From: Clostridiales bacterium
GTDB taxonomy: Bacteria > Bacillota > Clostridia > Oscillospirales > Oscillospiraceae
Reading direction: 5' to 3'
DNA: 64,000 nucleotides
Assembly (NCBI GenBank): GCA_022786995.1
Contig: JALFUW010000073.1
Span: forward strand, 12,894 to 76,893
Shown: in pieces, positions 35,563 through 45,936 of the stretch
Layout of the letters: each line of letters begins with the position of its first letter
Numbering within the stretch: the first letter of the stretch is position 1
The notes under the pieces: model-generated
Seen by the model: only the letters and a program-made list of their open reading frames with translations
Told to the model about the DNA's origin: nothing
Database searches by the model: none
Made by a program: the position numbers and the translations under genes

Positions 35563-36765
35563 ATGAATATCCTGATCACCGGAGCGGCGGGCTTTGTGGG
35601 AAAGAACCTGAGCGCGGCTCTTCACTGCCTGCAAAACGGTACGGATCGTACCCGACCGGGCCTCACCATCGGCGAGCTTTACCTCTATGACAAGGATTCT
35701 CCGGCGGCGCTTCTGGAGGAAGCCTGCGAGAAGGCGGACTTTGTGTTTAACCTTGCCGGCGTGAACCGCCCCAAGGAACAGGAAGAATTCATGGAGGGCA
35801 ATTTTGGCTTTGCTTCCACCTTGCTGGATACCCTGAAAAAGTATCACAACACCTGCCCCGTCATGCTGTCGTCTTCCATTCAGGCAACCTTGGTGGGCCG
35901 CTACGCGGAAGGCGGCTACGGTCTTTCCAAGAAGGCAGGGGAGGAGCTGTTCTTCCGCTACGGCGAGGAAACCGGGGCGAAGGTGCTGGTGTACCGCTTC
36001 CCCAATTTGTTCGGCAAGTGGTGCCGTCCCAATTACAACAGCGTGGTAGCCACCTTCTGCCACAACTACGCCCACGATCTGCCCATTTCCGTCAGCGACC
36101 CGGCGGTGGAGCTGGAAATGCTGTATATTGACGACCTGGTGACGGAGATGCTGGATGCGCTGGAAGGGAAGGAGCACCACTGCGAATTTGAGAGCCTGAC
36201 CACCGTGCTGAAAGAGGACGGACGCTACTGCGCCGCGCCCGTGTCCCACAGGGTCACGCTGGGGGAAATTGTGTCCCTTTTGGATAGCTTTAAGGCGCAG
36301 CCCCAGACTCTGCTCATGCCGGAGATTCCCGAGGGGAGCTTTGCCAAAAAGCTGTATTCCACTTATCTTTCCTATCTGCCGCAAGAAAAGGCCATCTTCT
36401 CCCTGAAAATGAACGAGGATGCCCGGGGCAGCTTTACGGAGCTGCTGAAAACCGCAAACTGCGGTCAGTTCAGCGTGAATATTTCGGGACCCGGCATCAC
36501 CAAGGGCCAGCACTGGCACCACACCAAGTGGGAATTCTTCATTGTGGTGGCAGGCCGCGGCCTCATTCAGCAGCGGAAGATCGGCACGGAGGAAGTGCTG
36601 AATTTTGAAGTATCCGGGGACAAAATCCAGGCGATTCACATGCTCCCCGGCTATACCCACAACATTATCAATCTGTCTCAGACAGAGAACCTTGTGACCC
36701 TGATGTGGGCCAACGAGCGCTTTGACCCAAAGCACCCCGACACATTCTTTGAGGTGGTAGAGTAA
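35563..36765 (+). CDS. fnlB: CapF/FnlB reductase-epimerase (SDR + cupin)
   Basis: LAGVNRP, FGKWCRPNYNS, RGSFTE and GQHWHHTK motifs. Confidence 0.92.
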   Translation: MNILITGAAGFVGKNLSAALHCLQNGTDRTRPGLTIGELYLYDKDSPAALLEEACEKADFVFNLAGVNRPKEQEEFMEGNFGFASTLLDTLKKYHNTCPVMLSSSIQATLVGRYAEGGYGLSKKAGEELFFRYGEETGAKVLVYRFPNLFGKWCRPNYNSVVATFCHNYAHDLPISVSDPAVELEMLYIDDLVTEMLDALEGKEHHCEFESLTTVLKEDGRYCAAPVSHRVTLGEIVSLLDSFKAQPQTLLMPEIPEGSFAKKLYSTYLSYLPQEKAIFSLKMNEDARGSFTELLKTANCGQFSVNISGPGITKGQHWHHTKWEFFIVVAGRGLIQQRKIGTEEVLNFEVSGDKIQAIHMLPGYTHNIINLSQTENLVTLMWANERFDPKHPDTFFEVVE

Positions 36766-37949
36766 TGGAAATGAAGCTGGACTATTCCGATATTTCTTTT
36801 CAGAATAACGGCAAACTGAAGCTGCTGATCATCGTGGGTACCCGCCCGGAGATCATCCGGCTGGCGGCGGTCATCAAGAAATGCCGCACCTACTTTGACT
36901 GCATTCTGGCCCACACGGGGCAGAACTACGACTATAACCTGAACGGCATTTTCTTCCGGGATTTGGGGCTAAAAGACCCGGAGGTGTACATGAATGCGGT
37001 GGGTGACGACTTGGGCGCCACCGTGGGCAACATCATCAACTGCTCCTACAAGCTGATGGCCCAGACAAAGCCTGACGCCATGCTGATTCTTGGTGACACC
37101 AACTCCTGCCTTTCCGCCATCCCTGCCAAGCGGCTGCATATTCCCATCTTCCACATGGAGGCGGGCAACCGCTGCAAGGACGAGTGCCTGCCGGAGGAGA
37201 CCAACCGACGGATTGTGGACATCATCTCCGACGTGAATCTGGCCTACTCCGAGCACGCCCGGAAATACCTTCACGACTGCGGTCTGCCCAAGGAACGCAC
37301 CTACGTCACCGGCTCTCCCATGGCGGAGGTGCTCCATGCCAACCTCTCGGCGATTGAAGCGTCCGATGTCCATGCACGGCTGGGCCTGGAGAAGGGCCGC
37401 TATATCCTCCTCTCCGCCCACCGGGAGGAGAACATTGATACAGAGAAAAATTTCTTCTCCCTTTTTAACGCCATCAACGCCATGGCGGAGAAGTACGATA
37501 TGCCCATTCTCTATTCCTGCCACCCTCGCTCCAAGAAACGGCTGGAATCCACTGGTTTCGTGCTTGATAAGCGGGTGATTCAGAGCACGCCCCTGGGCTT
37601 CCATGACTACAACTGCCTGCAAATGAACGCCTTCGCGGTGGTCTCTGATTCCGGCACCCTGCCGGAGGAGAGCAGCTTCTTTACCTCTGTGGGCCATCCC
37701 TTCCCGGCGGTGTGCATCCGCACCTCCACGGAACGGCCCGAGGCGCTGGACAAGGGCTGCTTTGTGCTGGCGGGCATTGACGAAGGGCATCTGCTTCAGG
37801 CGGTGGACACCGCCGTGGAGATGAACAAAAACGGCGATTATGGCATTCCTGTGCCGGATTATATTGAGGAAAATGTGTCCACCAAGGTGGTGAAGATCAT
37901 CCAGTCCTACACCGGCGTGGTGGACAAGATGGTCTGGCGGAAGTATTGA
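36765..37949 (+). CDS. fnlC: Non-hydrolysing 2-epimerase (FnlC/CapG)
   Basis: GTRPEIIRL, HTGQNYD, HMEAGNR, PEE.NR and SDSGT motifs; follows fnlAB. Confidence 0.9.
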   Translation: MEMKLDYSDISFQNNGKLKLLIIVGTRPEIIRLAAVIKKCRTYFDCILAHTGQNYDYNLNGIFFRDLGLKDPEVYMNAVGDDLGATVGNIINCSYKLMAQTKPDAMLILGDTNSCLSAIPAKRLHIPIFHMEAGNRCKDECLPEETNRRIVDIISDVNLAYSEHARKYLHDCGLPKERTYVTGSPMAEVLHANLSAIEASDVHARLGLEKGRYILLSAHREENIDTEKNFFSLFNAINAMAEKYDMPILYSCHPRSKKRLESTGFVLDKRVIQSTPLGFHDYNCLQMNAFAVVSDSGTLPEESSFFTSVGHPFPAVCIRTSTERPEALDKGCFVLAGIDEGHLLQAVDTAVEMNKNGDYGIPVPDYIEENVSTKVVKIIQSYTGVVDKMVWRKY

Positions 37950-37959
37950 TTTTCAGGAG

Positions 37960-39078
37960 GTGAGGCAGGTGAAGTACCTGTTCATCAACACCGTGGCGGG
38001 CTACGGCAGCACGGGCCGCATCGCGGCAGACAAGTGCCGGGAGCTGAATGGGCAGGGACACACCTGCGTCCTCGCCTACGGACGAATGATCACCGGCTGC
38101 GACGATATTCAAACGGTGAAAATCGGCTCTGATTTTGCCGTAAACTGCCACGCGCTGGAAAGCCGGGTGCTGGATAACAGCGGCTTCGGCTCCCGCCGGG
38201 CAACCATTGCCTTCCTGAAATGGGTCAGGGAATTCGACCCGGATGTGATCTGGCTGCACAATGTCCACGGCTATTACATCCACATTGGGGAATTGTTCGG
38301 CTATCTTCGCACCTGTGGGAAAAAGATCATCTGGACCCTCCACGATTGCTGGGCCTTTACCGGGCATTGCACATATTTTGACTATGTGCGCTGCGAAAAA
38401 TGGAAAACCGGCTGCCACGACTGTCCACAGAAACGCACATATCCAGAAAGCCTTCTTCTGGATGGCAGCCGCAGAAATTTTGAGCGGAAAAAGGCGCTGT
38501 TCACCGGGATTCCTGACTTAACCCTGACGGTGCCCTCTCACTGGCTGGAAAGCCGGGTGAAGCAGAGTTTTCTTAAGGACTACCCGGTGGAGGTCATTTA
38601 CAATCAGGTGGATAAATCCGTATTCAAGCCAACCCCTGGGGATTTTCGCCTGAAAAACGGCTTGGAAGGCAAGTTCGTTATTCTGGGTGTAGCCAGTGTC
38701 TGGGAAGAACGGAAGGGGCTAAAGGATTTTATCGCCCTGAGCAAACTGCTGGATGACCGATTCAGAATCGTTCTGATTGGACTGAACCAACAACAGCTTG
38801 CCGCGCTGCCCGGTGAGATATTGGGCTTGCCCAGGACGAACAATGTTCATCAGCTGGTGCAGGCCTATTCCGAGGCGGATGTGTTTGTCTGCCCCAGCAC
38901 CGAGGAGACCTTTGGCATGACGGTGCTGGAAGCCTGCTGCTGCGGCTGTAAGACGGTGGTCTATCAGGACACCGCCTGCCAAGAGGTTGCCAATCTGTAT
39001 GGCGGAATTGCCGTCCCCCGGGGGGCGGAGCATCTGAAAGATGCCATTTTGAAATTGACAGGGGAGGACACCAAGTGA
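37960..39078 (+). CDS. GT4 glycosyltransferase (WcaC-like)
   Basis: GSTGRI, WTLHDCWAFTGHC and ETFG...LEA motifs. Confidence 0.88.
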   Translation: MRQVKYLFINTVAGYGSTGRIAADKCRELNGQGHTCVLAYGRMITGCDDIQTVKIGSDFAVNCHALESRVLDNSGFGSRRATIAFLKWVREFDPDVIWLHNVHGYYIHIGELFGYLRTCGKKIIWTLHDCWAFTGHCTYFDYVRCEKWKTGCHDCPQKRTYPESLLLDGSRRNFERKKALFTGIPDLTLTVPSHWLESRVKQSFLKDYPVEVIYNQVDKSVFKPTPGDFRLKNGLEGKFVILGVASVWEERKGLKDFIALSKLLDDRFRIVLIGLNQQQLAALPGEILGLPRTNNVHQLVQAYSEADVFVCPSTEETFGMTVLEACCCGCKTVVYQDTACQEVANLYGGIAVPRGAEHLKDAILKLTGEDTK

Positions 39079-40337
39079 AGCAGTACCCGTTTCCGAAAAA
39101 CCGCTGGACAGGCGCCGCATTCGGCCTTTATCTGTTTGCCATGCTGCTGCTGGCCAGGGATACACTGATTACCTCGGTAAAGCTGGGATTTTATCAGTCC
39201 CAGTTTCTGATGCTGGCGCTTATGGGCCTTTTGGGCGTGGTTTTCCTGATTTACAACCGCCGGAAGCTGGGGCAGATTCTGACGGATAGAAGACTTTTTC
39301 TGATTCTTGCCCTTGCCTTGTTTTTTGTTGGGGTGATGGTGCTGAAACGGGACTGGCAGATCATGTATTTCAGCATGCTGCTGTGCCTGATTTTTGCCGT
39401 TTTTCTTACTTTTTTCACGGATATCAGCCGGGTGGCCAAATCCTATGTGGTGATTTTGACCGCTTTGAGCGTATACGCCCTGATTGCCACCTATGTACTG
39501 CGCAAGCTTGGCTATATGGGCATCTTTCCTCACCCAAAGTCCGTGACCAACGACGCGGACATGGTGTTCTTTGACTACGGTCTGTGTTTCGCGGTGGATC
39601 ACCGCTACTGGCACCGAAATTTCGGCATTTTCCGGGAACCGGGCGTCTATCAGTTCTTCCTGCTGCTGGGGCTGTACCTGAACATTTACCGGGTGCGCTG
39701 GGAAAGGGAGGGTGTTCGGTGGATTTTCACCATCGCGTTGACGGTGACCATGATCTCCACCTACTCCATCGGCGGCTTTGCGGAGCTGGGCCTGTTCGCG
39801 GTGTTTGTCTATCTGGACAAAAAATACTACCGCACCAAGCTGGGCCGCTGGGCTCTAATCGGCTGCATCGCTGGGGCTGTGGCAGTGGTGATTGCGGTGA
39901 TTGTCGAGGCGCGGAAGCCGGAGTTCGTCTATTCTCCGCTTTATGAGTTTTACGATATGTTCGTGCGTCTGACGACAGCCTCCGATTCCTCCGTTGACCG
40001 GGGAAGCGCCTTGATCACCGACCTGCGGATGTTCCTTGACCATCCGCTGCTGGGGTCGAAAATCGCCCCGGTGCTCCACGGAACCAACCACAATACCAGC
40101 TCTACCCTGATCCTTTTTGCCATTACCGGCGTGTTCGGCGGCCTGCTCCACCTGGCCACATGGGTCGCGCTGCTTTGGAAAAAGGAGCGGAATGTGTTTA
40201 TAAATTTGCTGCTCCTGCTGATTTTTCTCATGTCCTTCAATACCCAGAATCTGATTGCCGATGTGTTTTTCTGGCTGTTTCCCTGTATGGCTCTGGTGGA
40301 GCGGGGGCTGCCGGTGCTACGCAAAAAGGAGGCATAA
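39075..40337 (+). CDS. Probable Wzy polysaccharide polymerase
   Basis: ~11-12 TM segments with two large loops; RNFGIFREPG motif; position inside the locus. Confidence 0.75.
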   Translation: MKQYPFPKNRWTGAAFGLYLFAMLLLARDTLITSVKLGFYQSQFLMLALMGLLGVVFLIYNRRKLGQILTDRRLFLILALALFFVGVMVLKRDWQIMYFSMLLCLIFAVFLTFFTDISRVAKSYVVILTALSVYALIATYVLRKLGYMGIFPHPKSVTNDADMVFFDYGLCFAVDHRYWHRNFGIFREPGVYQFFLLLGLYLNIYRVRWEREGVRWIFTIALTVTMISTYSIGGFAELGLFAVFVYLDKKYYRTKLGRWALIGCIAGAVAVVIAVIVEARKPEFVYSPLYEFYDMFVRLTTASDSSVDRGSALITDLRMFLDHPLLGSKIAPVLHGTNHNTSSTLILFAITGVFGGLLHLATWVALLWKKERNVFINLLLLLIFLMSFNTQNLIADVFFWLFPCMALVERGLPVLRKKEA

Positions 40338-41156
40338 ATGGAACAGGAGCTTCTGCGCAAGGTTCAGCTGACCCTTCTTGAGATCGCTGTGGAGATCAAG
40401 CGGGTCTGCGAGGAAAACGACATTCGCTATTTTCTCTCCGACGGCACCTTCCTGGGCGCCGTGCGCCATCAGGGCTTCATTCCCTGGGACGACGATATGG
40501 ATATGGGCATGCTCCGGGCGGACTATGAGAAATTCTGCCGGGTTGCCCCCAAGGCGCTGAAGCCGGAATACTGTCTGGAGGTCTGGAACACCGACTCTGG
40601 CTACGGCCTGCCCTTTGCCAAGGTGATGAAGCGCAATACCGTGTATCGGGAAAGTAAAAAGAATACAAAAATGCGGGAAAAAGGCTTCTATATAGACATT
40701 TTTCCCTTTGACAACGCCCCTGCCGATCAAGAGCAGCAGCAGGCGCTGGTGCGCAGGCTGACCTCCATGGCCCGGATGATGCTGATGAAGTGCGGCTATC
40801 AGCCATGGATGGAGCAGGACAGAATTGTCTGGAAAAAGCGACTTGGCTACCTCTATTATCAGCTGAAAGCGCTGTTTATCTCCCACAGGGAGCTGGCCCG
40901 TGCCTACGATGCCTTGGCGGTGTCCTTCCCGGAGAGCGGCGTGGTGCTGGAGCAGAGCGGGCGGCCCAGACCGACCTTTTTCCGGCAGGAGTGGTGCGAG
41001 AATCTGGCACTCTACACCTTCGAGGGCGTGACCTTCCCCGGGCCCGGGGACTATGACGCCTATTTGACCAACCATTATGGTGATTACATGACACCTCCGC
41101 CGGAGGGCAGCCGGGAGAACCGGCATCAGATTGTTGAAATTGATTTTGGAGAATAA
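40338..41156 (+). CDS. licD: LicD family phosphotransferase
   Basis: GTFLGAVRHQGFIPWDDDMD, IDIFP.D and YGDYMTPP motifs. Confidence 0.92.
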   Translation: MEQELLRKVQLTLLEIAVEIKRVCEENDIRYFLSDGTFLGAVRHQGFIPWDDDMDMGMLRADYEKFCRVAPKALKPEYCLEVWNTDSGYGLPFAKVMKRNTVYRESKKNTKMREKGFYIDIFPFDNAPADQEQQQALVRRLTSMARMMLMKCGYQPWMEQDRIVWKKRLGYLYYQLKALFISHRELARAYDALAVSFPESGVVLEQSGRPRPTFFRQEWCENLALYTFEGVTFPGPGDYDAYLTNHYGDYMTPPPEGSRENRHQIVEIDFGE

Positions 41157-41169
41157 AGGATGTGAGCCT

Positions 41170-42273
41170 ATGAAACGGATCCTGTTTCTGACAAATTACG
41201 CCTCACCTTACCGGGTTCGTTTCTTTGACGAATTGGGCAAGTCGGCGCAGGTCACGGTGCTGTATTCCGACCGCCGGGGAACCCTCTCTCACCGGGATGA
41301 AAAGTGGTTTGAGGAAGGGCGGGGCGGCTTTCAGGGCATCCAGCTCAGCGGCGCCATTGGCAAGGGCAGAAGAACCCTGTGTTTCAGTGTCCTTCGGTGG
41401 CTGAAACGGGACTATGACGCCATCATTGTGGCGGGCTATTCCTCACCCACGGCCATTCTTGCCATGCTGTGGATGCGGCTTCTCGGTATTCCCTTCTACA
41501 TGGAAATTGACGGCGGACTGATCCGGGAGAGCAGGGGATTGCGTTATCAGATCAAACGCTTTCTGGTACGGCTTCCCAGCGGCTGGCTCACCACGGGCCA
41601 ATACCCCACTCATTTCCTGACCCATTACGGCGCCGACCCCAAACGAGTGGTGGAATACCCCTTCTCTTCCTTTTTTGAGCGGGATATTCTGCCGGATATT
41701 CCCACAAGTGAGGAAAAGAAGAATCTGCGAAAGGACTTAGGCATCCCGGAAGACAGGATGATCCTTGCTGTGGGTCAGTTCATCTACCGCAAGGGCTTTG
41801 ATGTACTGCTGCGCGCGGCAAAAAAGCTACCCAGCGACGTGGGCATCTACATTGTGGGCGGCGAGGCAGACGAACGCTATACAAAGCTGCGGCAGGAGCT
41901 GGAGCTTGAGAAAAAAGTCCATTTCTGGGGCTTCCGCACCCGGGAGCAGTTGGCGCAGCTTTATCAGGCGGCGGATGTGTTCTGCCTGCCTACCCGGGAG
42001 GACATCTGGGGACTTGTGGTCAATGAGGCCATGGCCTTCGGCCTGCCGGTGGTCACCACCGATCAGTGTGTGGCGGGGATGGAACTGGTGGAGGAGGGCG
42101 TCAATGGCTGCCTTGTCCCGATTGAAGACGCCGACGCACTAAGCGATGGCCTGAACAGGGTGCTCTCGTCCGACATGGAAGCCATGGGCCGGGCGTCTCT
42201 GCGAAAGATTCAGGGCTATACCATTGAAAAGATGGCCGAGGTTCATTTGACCCTTGTGCAGGAAAAGGAGTAG
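41170..42273 (+). CDS. GT4 glycosyltransferase
   Basis: SPYR, VGQFIYRKG and DIWGLVVNEAMA.GLPV motifs. Confidence 0.9.
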   Translation: MKRILFLTNYASPYRVRFFDELGKSAQVTVLYSDRRGTLSHRDEKWFEEGRGGFQGIQLSGAIGKGRRTLCFSVLRWLKRDYDAIIVAGYSSPTAILAMLWMRLLGIPFYMEIDGGLIRESRGLRYQIKRFLVRLPSGWLTTGQYPTHFLTHYGADPKRVVEYPFSSFFERDILPDIPTSEEKKNLRKDLGIPEDRMILAVGQFIYRKGFDVLLRAAKKLPSDVGIYIVGGEADERYTKLRQELELEKKVHFWGFRTREQLAQLYQAADVFCLPTREDIWGLVVNEAMAFGLPVVTTDQCVAGMELVEEGVNGCLVPIEDADALSDGLNRVLSSDMEAMGRASLRKIQGYTIEKMAEVHLTLVQEKE

Positions 42274-42277
42274 GTTC

Positions 42278-43081
42278 ATGATTCGCTTCAGCATCATTAC
42301 CGTGTGTCTCAACGCCGGTCAGGGACTCCTTGACACGGTGGCACGCACGTTGGGTCAGACCTATGAGAATTTTGAAATGATAGTCAAAGACGGCGGTTCT
42401 CAGGACGGAAGTATCGAAAAACTCCCCAACGACCCCAGAATCCGGGTAGTGATCAAAAAGGATACCGGCATCTACGACGCCATGAATCAGGGCGTCGGGG
42501 AGGCCAGGGGAGATTATCTGATCTTCATGAACTGCGGCGACTGGTTTTACAGCGCCGATGCGCTTCAGGAAATCGCGGAAGGCATTGGAGAAGATCGGGA
42601 GCCGCTGTACTATGGTAAATGCTTTGACCGAATGACCGGGCAGGTGCGGGCCTATCCGAAGCAGCTGACCCGGATGACCTGCTACCGCACCATGATCTGC
42701 CATCAGGCCACGGTTTACCGGGCGGATGTGCTGAAAAACCGCCCCTATGACCTGTCCTATCCCATTCTGGCTGACCGGGAGACTCTGTGGCATCTGGTCT
42801 GCGAGAAAAAGGTGGAGCCAAAGTATCTGGACACGGTGATTGCGGACTATCAGGGCGGCGGGGAAAGCGCCAGCGATAAGTACAAAGAGCGCAACCGGGC
42901 GGATCAGCAGCGGCTTCTCGATACCTACTATCCCAAAAGTGAGCAGCTCAAATATAAGCTTCTGATGGCGCTGACCTTCCAGAAGTTGCGGGTAGCCCTG
43001 TCCAAAAGCCCGAAATGCAGTAAATACTATTTTAAGACCATACAGACCCTGTACGACTGGAAGGAGCGGATTCGCAAATGA
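42278..43081 (+). CDS. GT2 glycosyltransferase (WcaE/WfgS-like)
   Basis: [21 protein letters not shown] and CHQA motifs. Confidence 0.9.
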   Translation: MIRFSIITVCLNAGQGLLDTVARTLGQTYENFEMIVKDGGSQDGSIEKLPNDPRIRVVIKKDTGIYDAMNQGVGEARGDYLIFMNCGDWFYSADALQEIAEGIGEDREPLYYGKCFDRMTGQVRAYPKQLTRMTCYRTMICHQATVYRADVLKNRPYDLSYPILADRETLWHLVCEKKVEPKYLDTVIADYQGGGESASDKYKERNRADQQRLLDTYYPKSEQLKYKLLMALTFQKLRVALSKSPKCSKYYFKTIQTLYDWKERIRK

Positions 43082-43668
43082 GAGGCATTCTGCTAAAAAT
43101 GATTTACCTCTGGGAAAGAATGCTGAATTTGTTCCTTTTGCGCAGAAAAAAAGTGATTTTCGATAAATCTATCCGCTTCCACGGGGTAATGGGCCTCTAT
43201 GGCAGGGGAAGGATTCGCATCGGCAAAAACGTGCTGATCAATTCCAAGGAAAGCGCCAACCCCGGCATGGGTTGTTACCCGAAAACGGTTTTTAACGTTC
43301 CCGGGGGCTGCCTGGAAATCGGCGATGACGTGGGCATGTCCGGCACTGCCATCTCCTGCAGGGAGCGGGTGACCATTGGAAACCGTGTGCTGCTGGGCGG
43401 CGGTGTGAAGATCATGGATTCGGATGCCCACTCCCTCGATTATGAGAAGCGGGGCAAGGGCCATCAGATCGACATTCCGATTACCAGGCCGGTCACCATC
43501 GGCGACGATGTTTTTGTGGGAGCGAATACAATCATCCTCAAGGGCGTGACTATCGGACAGCGGGCGATCATTGGTGCCGGCTCCGTGGTGACGAAAAATG
43601 TACCTGCCGGGGAAATCTGGGCGGGAAATCCCGCCAGAAAAATCGGCAACGCGCCGGAACATGGATAG
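43078..43668 (+). CDS. Hexapeptide-repeat O-acetyltransferase
   Basis: Left-handed beta-helix repeats; DSDAH and IGAGSVVTK...AGNPA motifs. Confidence 0.9.
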   Translation: MRGILLKMIYLWERMLNLFLLRRKKVIFDKSIRFHGVMGLYGRGRIRIGKNVLINSKESANPGMGCYPKTVFNVPGGCLEIGDDVGMSGTAISCRERVTIGNRVLLGGGVKIMDSDAHSLDYEKRGKGHQIDIPITRPVTIGDDVFVGANTIILKGVTIGQRAIIGAGSVVTKNVPAGEIWAGNPARKIGNAPEHG

Positions 43669-43681
43669 AAGGAGAATGGGT

Positions 43682-44938
43682 ATGAAGGTGCTCTGGCTGT
43701 GCAATAACGCGCCCGGGGTGGTTCGTTCCGCGCTCAGCGGCAAACAGGAAAGCCAGGTCAATTGGCTTGACCATGTGCTGCAGGATCTGCTGAATCAGGG
43801 GATCACCCTGCGAATTCTGTATCGTGGCAGCGGCGTTCCGGGTCAGATCGACGGAAGGTGCAGTTATGCCCCGGTGCCGGAGACCCCGGCCCATATCTAT
43901 CGGACCGAACTGGAGGAAGAATTCAGGCAGCAGCTGCGCACATTCCAGCCGGATGTGATTCACAGCTGGGGCGTTGAATACCATCATGCCCTTGCCATGG
44001 TCAACGCCGCGGAAAAAGAGGGGATGCTTCCCCGCATGGCTGCCAGTATTCAGGGACTGTGCTGCCGCATCGCGCCCCACTATACTGATGGTATTCCCGC
44101 AAGCGCGCTGCGCAGCCGAACGATCCGGGACATCATGCGCCATGACAGTATTCTTGCGCAGCAGAAACAGTACACCCAGCGGGGAGAATTGGAAATTGAG
44201 GCCCTTCGCAAGCTGACCCACGTCATTGGCCGTACAGACTGGGATCAGGCAAACGCGCTGAACATCAATCCCAATATCACCTATCACCATTGCGATGAGA
44301 CGCTTCGGGACGTATTCTATACCGATCAGTGGGCGTACAGCCGCTGCCGAAAGCATCGTATTTTCGCTTCCAGCTGCGCTTATCCTGTGAAGGGCTTTCA
44401 TATCTTGCTGGAAGCGCTGGCCATTGTTCGTAAGGAATACCCGGATACGGAAATTGCCGTCACGGGCAGATCATTCCTTGCTGGAGATATCAAAAGCCTT
44501 GCCCGTCAGAATGGGTATGAAAAATACCTGCGCCATCTGGTAAAACGGAACCGGCTTGACGGCGCGGTCCATTTTCTGGGCCATCTGTCGGCACAGGACA
44601 TGAAACAGGCCTATCTGGACGCCAATGTATTTGTGCTCTGCTCCACCATGGAGAATTCTCCCAACGCGCTGGGAGAAGCCATGCTTCTGGGCCTGCCCTG
44701 TGTGGCGGCGGAGGTAGGCGGCGTTTCCAGCCTGATTGGGAGTCAGGAGGGCATCCTCTGCGCCCCGGTGAATCCTGCCGCGATGGCTGAGGGCATCTGC
44801 CGGGTGTTTTCCATGGAGAATCAGGCGGAAGCAATGGGCGCGGCGGCGAGAACCCGGGCGCGCAAGACCCATGACCCCGAGCAAAATATGAAGGATTTGA
44901 TGGATATTTACCGGCTTTTGTCTGGGAAGGAGAGGTAA
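43682..44938 (+). CDS. GT4 glycosyltransferase
   Basis: SIQG, GRTDWD and ENSPNALGEAM motifs. Confidence 0.9.
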   Translation: MKVLWLCNNAPGVVRSALSGKQESQVNWLDHVLQDLLNQGITLRILYRGSGVPGQIDGRCSYAPVPETPAHIYRTELEEEFRQQLRTFQPDVIHSWGVEYHHALAMVNAAEKEGMLPRMAASIQGLCCRIAPHYTDGIPASALRSRTIRDIMRHDSILAQQKQYTQRGELEIEALRKLTHVIGRTDWDQANALNINPNITYHHCDETLRDVFYTDQWAYSRCRKHRIFASSCAYPVKGFHILLEALAIVRKEYPDTEIAVTGRSFLAGDIKSLARQNGYEKYLRHLVKRNRLDGAVHFLGHLSAQDMKQAYLDANVFVLCSTMENSPNALGEAMLLGLPCVAAEVGGVSSLIGSQEGILCAPVNPAAMAEGICRVFSMENQAEAMGAAARTRARKTHDPEQNMKDLMDIYRLLSGKER

Positions 44939-44940
44939 CC

Positions 44941-45924
44941 ATGGAGCAAAATCCGCTGATCAGCGTTATCGTGCCTGTGTACAACGTGGCGGCCTGGCTT
45001 CCCCGGTGTGTGGACTCTGTTTTGACCCAGACCTATCAGAATTTGGAAATTCTTCTGATAGATGACGGCTCCACCGATGCTTCCGGCGAAATCTGCGACG
45101 CTTATGCGGAAAAAGACCCCAGAATCCGGGTGATTCATAAGAAAAACGGAGGCCTCAGCAGCGCCCGAAACGCGGGACTGGACGTATCAAACGGGCAGTA
45201 CTTGGGCTTTGTGGACAGCGACGACTGGATCGAGCCGGAAATGTACGCCCAGATGCTGGCGCTGATGGAGCGCAATGAGGCGCAGCTTGTATGCGCCGGG
45301 CGTTACGATGTGGATGGCGACACGGGCAGGAAAACCATCGGCTTGTGTCCAAAGAGGCAGGAGTGTATCACTGGGGAAGAACTGGCGGGCAGAATCTTTC
45401 TGTGGGATCACTGCGATTCCAGCGCCTGCGATAAGCTCTACCGCCGGGAACTGTTCGACGGCATTCGTTACCCGGAAGGAAAAACCTGTGAGGATGTGCC
45501 GGTGACCTACCGGCTGGCGCTGAAAGCCCACCGGGCCGTCCTCTGCGACAAGCCGCTTTACAACTATTTCCACCGCTCCGGCAGTATTTCCAAGGGGGCG
45601 AAAATTTCGGGGAAAACCTTCCATTATTCCCAGCATACCGCGGGTATTTTGGAGGATATTCGGAAGAATCATCCTGCTATCGCCCCCCAGGCTGAATTTC
45701 TGCGGGTGCACTCCTTGTATCACCTGCTTCTGCGCCTTGATCATGCGCCCACAGAGATGCGAAAGACTTACCGCAAGGAGTACCGCGATGCCCGCCGGGC
45801 GCTTTCGAAGCATTGGCGGTTTATTCTGACCTGCCCCTGGCTGACAAAGCAGCAGCGGGTGACGGATCTCCTTCTGATCGTAAATCTCTATCATGTTCTG
45901 CGTCCGCTGTTCCATAAGGACTGA
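44941..45924 (+). CDS. GT2 glycosyltransferase
   Basis: ISVIVPVYN, DDGSTD, NGGLSSARN and FVDSDD motifs. Confidence 0.92.
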   Translation: MEQNPLISVIVPVYNVAAWLPRCVDSVLTQTYQNLEILLIDDGSTDASGEICDAYAEKDPRIRVIHKKNGGLSSARNAGLDVSNGQYLGFVDSDDWIEPEMYAQMLALMERNEAQLVCAGRYDVDGDTGRKTIGLCPKRQECITGEELAGRIFLWDHCDSSACDKLYRRELFDGIRYPEGKTCEDVPVTYRLALKAHRAVLCDKPLYNYFHRSGSISKGAKISGKTFHYSQHTAGILEDIRKNHPAIAPQAEFLRVHSLYHLLLRLDHAPTEMRKTYRKEYRDARRALSKHWRFILTCPWLTKQQRVTDLLLIVNLYHVLRPLFHKD

Positions 45925-45936
45925 TTTGGAGAATTC

